Part shown: piece by piece, positions 27,416 through 37,150 of the stretch
Layout: every line of letters begins with the position of its first letter
Numbering within the stretch: position 1 is the first letter of the stretch
Source of the DNA: the human T2T-CHM13v2.0 reference genome, Homo sapiens
Length of the DNA: 64,000 nucleotides
Reading direction: 5' to 3' (one strand)
Assembly: GCF_009914755.1 (NCBI RefSeq)
Contig: NC_060928.1
Translations under genes and position numbers: made by a program
The notes under the pieces: model-generated
Databases searched by the model: none
What the model was told of the DNA's origin: nothing
The model's input: only the letters and a program-made list of their open reading frames with translations

Positions 27416-28109
27416 CTTGCCCACCACACCTGCTGGTTAGCTACCATTCTGAATTTTCATTTCCTCAAAGACACAGCCTGAGTTTTCAGAACAGAGCTAT
27501 GACCTGTTAGATATTTACTATGTGCCATGCACACTCATGTATGTTGTATTGTGTGTGCTCCATGTATTCAGTCTTGGCCATGTTTATTAGAAGAAATGGG
27601 CATTCACGGTTAAGGTGGTATAGTTATGTCACTTTCACTTTTATGTCCCCTCTGAGACATTTTTAAGAATTTGATTTAAACAAAATAATGTTTTCCCTAA
27701 AAATGGTCCACTTCTTCCTCTCTGATCATGACCTTGACATCATGGAGGGTGTTTGCTTCTCTGCCCTAGATGACAGATGCTCAGAGTCAGTAGTGGATGA
27801 CTAATCATGGCCACTCCAGTGTCCTAATCACTGGCACATTTGTTCTGTCCTTCCTTGATCCTCAGTCCTGCTATTCGACTTCCATCTGATTTCACCATAT
27901 GCATGACAAATCACTGTGGACATCTCAAATCCTTTGTGTAAAAAGGCAGGGAATCAACTGGATATCCATAGATAGGCTGAATGTCACCCTTGGGAAAAAG
28001 CATAATAGGCCTCACACATTTTTTGCATACTTGCAAATTAGAGCAACAAATCGAGCCTGATGTGATTTTTACTTGATCCTTCTTTCCTGATCATCTTCAC
28101 TGTTTAATC

Positions 28110-28238
28110 AAACACACACACACACACCCACACCCACACACAAACACATTTACACACCACAGACATACACTTACATTTACATACACACTGGCACTCACAC
28201 ACACAACTATGCATGCACACACACACACACACACACAC
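28110..28238. repeat. Compound/degenerate (CA)n tract
   Basis: Interrupted CA runs. Confidence 0.85.
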
Positions 28239-31149
28239 GGGCAGTGGTTTTCCTAGCACGCAGACCAGCCCACCTATCCTCCCTGCTTGAATGTAAGCTC
28301 TCCTTCCTCCACTGGCCAATGAAGAACCTTTACAAGCCTCTGAATCTCTCTGAGCCTCAGTTTACTCTTTGGGAAAGAGGGGTGATCTACCTAGGCTGCC
28401 TTTCTCACAGTTCTGTGCATAGAACTAGGTGAGAGATAATGGCAATTGTGCCGAATGCTTGGACTAGAGCAAAAACACATGTGATCGGTACTCATGAAGC
28501 TTCATTTTTAATAATACCCCGTCATCATCATGGTGGACACTCTTTACTCCTCTCACAACTGAGCAGGCCTCCCCACTTCGGTAGCTCTATTCAGAGCCAA
28601 CAGCTTCTGCAGGGCTAGGAAGCCATGTGCCTTTGTTTGCTCAGAGCCACACCCAGGATGCTCTACTCACTGCAGTGGGCACAAGAAGCCGCTTCAGCTA
28701 AGTTAATCCCCAAGTGTGCCATTCATTAAAAAAAAAAAAAAAAGACACGCATGAAAGAGAGCTTTATAAATATTTCACACAGTCCTTGGGGGCAGGAGCT
28801 AAGTGTTTCTGCTTTTTTGCTCTTCCGTCTCTAACCGGCTACTATATTGTCTCAGAAAAAGGCCAAGATGGAAAAAAGAGGAAGACACCACCATCATCGT
28901 CAACATGAGCAGAACGATCAGCCTCCTTGCCTTTGCCCATGCTGCGCCCCTGCCTGTGATGCCCCTTCACCTCCCCCACTCTAGCTCCCACCTCTCCAGG
29001 CTCTGAACTCATTGGCAAAGCTACACCCTTATCCCCACTGTGCAGATGAGACAGCTGAGGCTCAGAGGGGCACAGGATGACCCAGCAACAAGCAGGTGGG
29101 GACCTGGGGATGAAGCTGAGAGCTATGCCTGCTACACCAGCACTTCTTCCCATGAACCACACTTGATCCTTTCCAAGCCCCCAGGTCTCTCCACAGGCCA
29201 CACACCATGGCTGTCAGAAACATCTCAACTGCCTTCATGATTTGATCTAACTGTGCAGCGGTTGCCCTGGGAAGCAGAGGGTGGGCTCTCCCGAGGCCGT
29301 CTTTCCTTCAGTTTCTCCAGCATGCCAACTCCTTTACCTCTGGGGACCCATGGGCTCCACAAAGAACCCTGCTCTCCTCCTGTCCCCTCTGTCTCCCCTA
29401 GGACCAGGCTGAGTGTCCCTGCTGGGGTTTCCTCCGCCCCGCCGTATGATACCCTTTACACTTCACTAACACTTCAGGCTGAAATGTCAGCCTTGGCTAA
29501 GCTCTAGAAGGGCCAGGGCAAACCCATTCATCTCCTTCCCACTCTTCCTGGCACCCAGCACTGTGCTTGGTATGGCAGTCATTTGACAAGTTAATGCAAA
29601 CCCACTAACAGCCAATGGGTTTGCCTTAACTTGTCAAATGACTACTATGGAACACGTTAAGGTGCAGCCATTTGAAAAGCCACAGTGCTCACCCATTTGT
29701 TACATGGCATTTAAGGCAGGGATCTGGTTCCTGTCACAACACGTGTATGTGTGTTATTAGCAAAAGGTACTCAGGAAGATGAAAGGTCCTATACAGTGAA
29801 GCCCCATTCAAGTGGATCCTCTCTGATTTGCTGAAGGTTTTGATTTGTTTAAAACCACAAACGCTTCTGGCTGATGTGGGCCAAATGAACACAAATGATC
29901 CTCATCAAGGCCCTCTTTCCCAGGAACTAAGCATAACTTACAGCCTCTCTCCTTCCCATGCTCATTGAAACCACCTTTAGAGGCTGCTGGAACCACCCAT
30001 TTGATTTCTCTTTACACACAAGTTGACTAATTGTTTCACAGGAAGAACTAAAGCAGCAAGACCTGTCGGCAGATCTGAAGCCCTTACCATGCACCTAGCA
30101 CACTAAATGCTTTGGAGGGTCACCTAGGATGTTCAGGAGTCCTGTGAAGGGGCCTACATCGTACAGCAGAGCACTGAGGTTCAGAGAGGCATCAGACACC
30201 CAGCTCCATTGGCTGGAAAAGCCTAGGCATCTCCACTCCAGAGGGCAACAGGCAGTAGGCCTGGTGACCACTTCAGCTTAGCAGACTGGGACTGCACACT
30301 TTCAGAGGCAGCATCCCACAGACCTGCCTTGCAGGCCATCCTATTAAGTTTCCACCTTGGAGACTGGGGACCTGAGAGCAGCAGAGACCTTCTGTGGGCA
30401 CACAGCCTCAAACCCAGAACTCCTGACTCCTGAGTCACTGCATCACCCCGACCCCATCACCTGCCTCAGTTCCCTTGGGAGGCAGGGTTAGAGGGTCCCA
30501 AGGCAGGGACTTGTTCAAATATCACCTGCCTTCTTCTCACATTGCCCAGGAGGAAGCAACCATATGTGTTCTAGTGATTCTTGACCAACTAGTGTTTACG
30601 AATGGGCCGCTTACACCTCTGCGTCTCAGAGGGCAGAGCTGAGAGACGGAGAAGAGGTGGTGCCCACCCTCTGGATGGGGGCTTGGCAGAGGCCTGCTGA
30701 CAAGAGCTGAGGCTGGGCCCAGGAGGAATTTTCTAACTCAAGACTCAGCCCAGAGCTGGGGCGGATGCAGGACAGTGCAGGGGAGGCAGGGGGCCTGGGT
30801 TCCCTCCTGACCTTCCTGTGGTGGAAGCCCTCAGCCCATGCTCTAGCCTCAGGGAGCTTTACGTGGGTAATGCCACCCGCAAAGCCTTGCTGCCACCATT
30901 TAAAGAAACAGGCCTGCAATACACGGGACAGGCCACTGGCAGGTGAGTGCAAGTGTCAATACCTCCGCCTACCTAAGGCTGCCCTCTGGCAGGTGCCCTG
31001 CGACTGTCCAGGAGCCTGAATTTTGCATAAATGAGCAGGCTGGGTCTCCAGTAGTCAAACCTCTGGAGTCACCCTGGAGGATTCCACCACGCCCAGAATC
31101 CCGCCTCCCGGCCCCGGGCTGCTCCTGCATACAAGGGCTCCAGTGGTCC

Positions 31150-32680
31150 GCATCCCTCAGGAACAGTCAGGCTCCACGCTGATGCCAGGCAGGAACTGGG
31201 GCGGAGGGCCAGCTCCTGACCGCTGCGCCCTCAGCTCCCCACCCCGAGACAAAGCGTAAAGACGGGGGTTCCTTTGTTTCCGGCCACACCCAGGGACGCA
31301 GCCCGGCTGTTCTGCCTCCACCACCGTCCCCACCCTCTCGCGGCCCAGCGTCGGGAGCATTAACCCTTCCCGGGCCGCAGCCGCCAGCGTCGCCCCATTA
31401 GGTTATTTTTAGCTGCGGGGAGGGGTGGACCGAGCTTCCATCATGGCGCTGTCCCTAGGTCCGGACTTCCACTCCATCAGTAAAGGCGGGGAGTGGGGAG
31501 CGCTGGTTGATCTTTTTCCCTCCTCCAGCGGGGGAGGTACCGGGCTGTGGGGTGCATGGGCCGGACGGTGCGGGGGCCGAGCCAAGGAGGCTCAGCTCAC
31601 CCTCCCACCCCCGCGCGAGGCCTGCGGGGAGGGGGTTCGGACCCCTGCCCCTCCCTCTTTTGTTCGGCTCCGCATCCTCCCTGTCCACGCCATCCTCTGG
31701 CACATCCCGTGGGGGGAGGGGGCGGCAAGCCCGCGGGGAGAGGGACTCCCGGCTCCAGCCCCGCCCCGCCATGCGGGGCTCCCCCACCCCCATTGTCCCC
31801 AGAGGCTGGGGGAGGGGGCTGAAATCCCGAGACCGGCCCCGCCCCACCCGCGGCGACGCAGGAGGCCTCGGGGGGCGCCCCTGCCGGCGCCCCGTGGATC
31901 TGGACCCTGCCGGGCGCCCACTCCCAGCCCACAAAGGCCAGCGCGGGGCGGCGGGGGCGGGGGCCGCTTACCGTGATGTGCGGGATGCTCTTCTTGCCCT
32001 GGTACGACATGGCCCCCTCTGGCGCCCTCGGCCCGGCCGCTGACCTGCGGGGCTGTCTGACTGGAACCGGCGCTCTCGGCCCCGCTCCCAGCGGGCGCGC
32101 TGACAAAGGCCCGGGAGGGATAGAGACACGGACGGAGGCTCGGCGCCCGTGGATGCCCACGCGCGGCTGCCCCGGCTGCTCGGCCCGCCCGCCGCCGCTC
32201 CGGCTGCCAGCACCGCCCGGATCGGCGAGGAGGGCGGGAGAAGGAGGAGGGAGAGGCGAGGGCGGGAGGAGGGGGCTGCAGACAGCTCCTCCCGGCGGCG
32301 CGGAGCGAAGCCGGATTCGCCCCTCTCGGCTCGAACCAGGAAGCGCTTCCCTTCCGATCTCCCACCCCGCCCCCCGCCCCCCACCCGCCCAGCCCCGCCG
32401 ACCCCCGCCCTGCGCACACGCCCTTGGCGGGCCCTGGCCTCGCTCTCGCGATCCAGAGAGTATGGTTTTCAGGGCTCCTTTAAAAGAAAAAGACGGCGCG
32501 GTCAGGGCCCGCGGGCGGCGCCACAGGTGTGTGGCCGCGCGTCTGGAGGCCTCCCCGGAACATCTGCGGGGGTGTGGGGGGAGGGAGTGTGGGACGGGGG
32601 CCAAGGATCGGCCCAAGCTGCTGGGAACGTTCTTGTCCCTCCAGGATCGCGCCCAAGGACCGCTCCCCTCTTGCCTCTCC
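31150..32680 (-). promoter_or_regulatory. CRMP1: CpG island / promoter of the short CRMP1 isoform
   Basis: Very high GC and CpG density; GC boxes (ccccgccc) at about 32365-32410; surrounds the short first exon. Confidence 0.88.
31972..32010 (-). CDS. CRMP1: CRMP1 short-isoform first coding exon: MSYQGKKSIPHIT
   Basis: GCCATGT Kozak context; classic CRMP N-terminus; donor ACG|gtaagc at 31972/31971 in phase 0, joining SDRLLIKGG. Confidence 0.97.
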
Positions 32681-34906
32681 TTCCATAGCCTCCGTTTATC
32701 CTTCCCGAGTGCCTCTCCCTGAATGCACCAAGCACTTTTTCCATCTCGGACCCCAAGCCTTTATTCACGCTGTACCCTCTCCCTGAATAGTCTACCCCAG
32801 ACAAAAGCCTGTCCACTCCCCTAGACCCATCTCCAATGCCTTCCCCACCACGAAGCCTCTCCCTGCCACCCTCTCCATCCTAGCATTGAACCAGCCCTCC
32901 CTGGGGGCCTCTAAGGTGGAGCCCCCTAACTGGCAGAGGGAACAGCAGGGACAGAAGGGTACGGCCTTAATTAATGCTGACCTGTTCTACTCCAACAGCA
33001 GCTCCCTCATCACACAGCAGCCTGACACTGGGGCCACCAGGTCACCCCACAGAATTGCCTCCAAGACAGCAGGTGTTTGGAGGGCTGGGCCACTGGCACC
33101 AAGGTCTCCACAGCCCTGGGGACAAGCTGGGGGTCAGGAGGAGGACTAGGGTGCTCCTGCCTCCCAGCACTGTGGACACCAGCCCCGGAGTCCATGATCC
33201 AGATGTTGCTCCAGAGGGAGGTGGGCAGGAAGCCAGGTCACAGCTTGACAAGGTCCGTAACAGCAGAGGGGAAAAGATGAAAGAAGATGGAGGAAAAGGG
33301 GGAGCCCCAGCAAGCCCCAACCTCACTGGACAGGTGCCCCAAGTTCCCAGGCAGAATAAAACACCAACCTTGTCCACCACTTCGTTGTTCATTTTCTGCA
33401 TGCGAAATCCAACCCCACAGGTCCTATGAAACTACTCATCTTTTCTGCTTTCAAGTTGCCATCCAGAGCGAGGGTGGCCTAGGCTTGGTACAGCTCCCCC
33501 AGCACTGTGGTTGGGGGCTGGGGCCCTGACCTTCACCACCCCAGGGGCCAGTCCCCTAATCCAGGGCAGGAGGCCAGAGACACCTGGGCCTTAAAATAGA
33601 GGTGAGGTTTTAGCTTCACAGAGAAGCCAGCTCAGTATCCCAGGAACACTAGGCATAATTTTCCCATTTTACAGACAGGAAATTGAGGCTTACAGAGGTA
33701 AAATGATGTACCCCGGGTGCAAAACATATTAGCTGCAGCAAAGCAGCATGGAGATGCCAGGTTCCCCTACACTCTGTTTACAACTCATTTCCCTCCACGC
33801 ATTCATGCATCCCTGGCTCTCAGCGGGGCCTAAAATCCCTGTCAATGACCGGAAATTGCAGATGGGGACACTGTCCCTCCCCAACTCCTACACTCCCTTC
33901 CTTGGAGTTGTTAAGTCCTAGGTTCCCCGTACCAGGGCGTTCCCTGGGGTCAGTCTGGAGATCTGAGCAGAAAGCCCCTACAGCAAGGGACAAGACCACG
34001 TGCGTATCAGGGGGAGGAGCATCCGCCTGCCACTGGCCAAACAGATCGCTGCTCCCAAGCAGATTTCGCCGGTACAAAGCGCCGCAGCCGCTCAGCCTCC
34101 GGCAGCGGCAATCCTTGCGCCTGCGCCGCAGAAACCCCTCCTGCAGCCCAGGGAGAAGCCTGGTGGGCGGGGGGGGAAGGGCCGGGGCACCCGTTGCAAA
34201 GCCCTGGAGCGGTGAGGCCCGCCCCGGAACCCGAGCCCACTGTAACCCAAGCCTCAAGGCCGCTCTGCCGGCAGAAAGTAAAACCCTCCCTCCGTGGAGA
34301 TCGCGAGCCCCTGAGTTCCACAGTCGCGAAGCTCGAGTGCTTTCGGAGCCCCGGGAGCGCCAGAGGCGCTGCCTTTTGTCCGGTGCCTGAGAAGCCATGG
34401 AGAAAGGCAGAGGGGACCACAGGGAGAAGAGGAAGGAGTAGGGGAGAGGAACGGGAGAGGTGAAGCGACCAGCGTCCCCAAGGGTCAGGGCGCAGCTGCG
34501 GGGCTGGCCCAGGCTGCGCCCTGGGGGAGATGCTGGCGTTGGTGACATTGACCGCAGTTCCAGAGGAACTCTCCTTGGGACAGCTACGGGCCGTGCACAA
34601 AGCGCCCTCGCCTCCCTAGTACTCCACCACGCTTTGAGGAAGGCCGGAAGAAGACGGCCACCCCCATCTGACAGATGGAGAAGCTGAGGCCCAAGAGAGC
34701 AAAGCGCCTTGGCTGGAAACCCGGATTCCCTGGTGCTGGTCCCGCTTCTCGGCCCGCGGCCCAGAAGCCTCCCCATCGGGCTCGGGAGTTTGGATCCCAA
34801 GAGAGGTCGGACCACCAGGGAAGGTAGTGGACAGGGGGAGATACAGAAGGGGTGGGGGAAGAGGAAGCTGGACTCTCGCACCATCTCCCTTTCTGATCAC
34901 CCCACC

Positions 34907-34912
34907 ACCACA

Positions 34913-34968
<56 letters not shown>
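34907..34968. repeat. (CA)n microsatellite
   Basis: About 30 CA units with one TA interruption. Confidence 0.95.
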
Positions 34969-34973
<5 letters not shown>

Positions 34974-35005
34974 GCTGTTGGACCTCTCCCTCGCGAGGCT
35001 CCGGC

Positions 35006-35026
35006 TTCAGGACCACGGAGAGCTCT
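35006..35026 (+). promoter_or_regulatory. RE1/NRSE (REST binding site) candidate
   Basis: TTCAGGACCACGGAGAGCTCT versus consensus TTCAGCACCACGGACAGCGCC, with canonical spacing. Confidence 0.65.
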
Positions 35027-36089
35027 GGAGCAACAGACAGCCCGCCCGCGAAGGGATGGGGCCCGAAGAGGCCCACCACCGAGTTTACCAGTTCCCTGCT
35101 CCTATTCCTCCAGGAAGCCCTCCCAGATATCTGCCCCGATCAAGCTCTGCTTCCCTCCAGGCTCACTTTGGGTCACTCATAGCATTTAAGAGGGGAAGGT
35201 TTAATTAAAATGATAATGATTGTAATAAAAGTCAACAACAAACATTTATTGAATGCTCACTACCGACCGGCATTAACTGATTTAATTCTCACAATGAATC
35301 CGTCGCTCACCCTAGCCTGGGAACTTCTGGAGGGTGGGGCCAGGTTGCTGAGCCAGGGACCTAGCGCCTACCCTGGGCCTGGCACCTAGCAGTTCTCCGG
35401 CATCCAGGTCTGGACCAATTCGAAAGCTCCCCAGCCCTCGGATGCTCCAACTTCCGTTTTTCTGGCACCTGACCCTGGCTCTCGTCGGTCCATCCAAAGG
35501 CTACGCCGTCCATCCGCCCTTCTTCCCCCAGTTTCCTGGTGACCCCCAGCTCAAGAGAGAATACCCGCAGGGCCCAAGCCCTAGCGTTCCCTCTCCCTGA
35601 TCCTCCCGGCCCCATGCTCAGGTCCGGGAGGCTAGAGACCCCAGTTCAAATCCCAGCTCTACCTCCACCTTGCTCTGTGAAGCAGGCACATCGGTGTGTG
35701 CTGTGGAGCTCAGGAGTGCCCCTTGAATCTACTGGCGCTTGAGGGTAGGGGTTTACGGCTCCAACTGCCCGACGAACTAAATCCTTAACCAAATCCTTCC
35801 CCCCAGCAAGCATGAGGGGAGCGCTCGGAAAAAAAGCTCCTTCCAGCTTTAAGCTGTGTGGCCGCAGGCGACTCGCGGAACCTCTCCCGGGGCCCGGCAC
35901 ACAGTAGGTGCTCTATAATTACTACCGACTGAGTGGATGGATGAATGGACCAACACGGAACGGAGCTCCAGTTCTTTTCACAAAACAGAATGAGGGGCCT
36001 GGGTTAGATTCATCCCAGAGGTTCCTTCGCGTTTAAGCGTCCATGCGGTAGCTTTAGCCAACTTCCCCTCTCAGAACCTCTCTCCCTTT

Positions 36090-37150
36090 CTGTAGAAGAG
36101 GAGCCGGGACTGGACCCGGGCGATCCCTTCCGAGTCTCACGGACCACGCCGGCCAGCCCCGACCGAGTCGCCCCAGCTCTGGGAACCTCTTGCATGATGA
36201 GGTGGGGGAGGGGCCGCGCCGTGGCTCTCCCCAGCCTGGCGGCCGCTGCCCCAACACCGGGGCCCGGGCATGGCCCTCGGGCGCCCCATGCCCTGGGTCC
36301 TCCCGGGGCCCGCCCCCCTCGTCTGGCCCGCGCGCGCCCCGAGGGTACCTGGCCATTGTCCCGGCCGAGGGGCAGGTCGCGGGGCGCGGGGCGGCGGATG
36401 CGCAGCGTCGGCGGCCGCTCGTCGCGCTCTCCGGGAGAGCTGACCGCGGAGCCCGAGGGCTCGCTCACGTCGCTGGCCGTGTCCTCGCTGCCTCCCGGCC
36501 CTGGCAGCCCGACCGCGTCGGGCCGGCCAGCGCTGCGCGGCGTGCGCGCCGAGCCGCGGCGGCCCACACTGTAGGCGTCGAAGTCGATGGTCTTGTTCTC
36601 GTAGGCGCCCTCCACCGCGGCGAACATGCCGCCGTACTTCTGGCGCGGGGTCTGCGCCGCGCTGCCCGGCCGCGCCAGGTACACGGGCAGGTCGTCCTCG
36701 GTGTTCCACGCGCGCCGCCGGTCCGCCATACCCGTCCAAGGCCGGCCACCCACCGCGCTCCCGCCTGCCCGCCCGCGGCCCTGGGCACCGCCGTGCGCCG
36801 CGCTCCGCGCCTCGGTGCGGGCCTGCGGCGGCCCGGGCGCGACTGCGGCCCAGGGAGGGGAGGGGCGGGGCGTGGCGCGCGCCGGGGCGGGGCCGGGGCG
36901 GGGCCTCTGGGCGGCTGCGGGCTAGCGGCGCGGCCAGCTACAAAGGACCAGGAGGCGGGGATCGCGGCTGGGGCGGGGAGGGACGGTGACGCGCCCGAGC
37001 CGCAGCGCGGAGGGCGGGCCGCGGCACCGCAGTGCCCTCGCCGCACCCCCCACTCTCCGCCCCCAGGCGGAGCGCAGGGCGCGAGGAGAGCGCGGGGCAG
37101 GAGCCGTGTGCGTACACTCGCGCGCCCACACGCTCTGGAGGCACACGCGG
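36090..37150 (-). promoter_or_regulatory. CRMP1: CpG island / promoter of the long CRMP1 isoform
   Basis: Extreme CpG density; tandem GGGGCGGGG GC boxes at 36862-36903; no TATA box seen. Confidence 0.9.
36349..36729 (-). CDS. CRMP1: CRMP1 long-isoform (LCRMP-1) first coding exon, 127 aa, MADRRRAWNTEDDLPVYLARPG...LPLGRDNGQ
   Basis: GGTATGG Kozak context; KYGGMFAAVEGAYENKTIDFDAYS motif typical of long CRMP N-termini; donor CAG|gtaccc at 36349/36348 in phase 0. Confidence 0.96.

Larger units (their letters stand above)
33990..35090. promoter_or_regulatory. Intermediate CpG-rich region between the two CRMP1 first exons
   Basis: Dense CpG with no recognisable CDS. Confidence 0.65.

Noticed and set aside
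31157-31360. MLPTLGRER... as a possible third coding first exon
   Set aside because: Weak Kozak context and only weak donors (AGG|gtgggg, ACG|gtggtg); cannot be supported without transcript data
31597-32616. 339-aa ORF in frame with MSYQGKK (possible N-terminal extension)
   Set aside because: Starts at a non-ATG codon, probably upstream of the start site; stop-poor frames are expected in GC-rich islands
33163-33183. RE1-like CCCAGCACTGTGGACACCAGC
   Set aside because: Too many mismatches in both half-sites to call
33820-34884. 354-aa minus-strand ORF
   Set aside because: GC-rich, low-complexity translation with a non-ATG start and no homology I recognise
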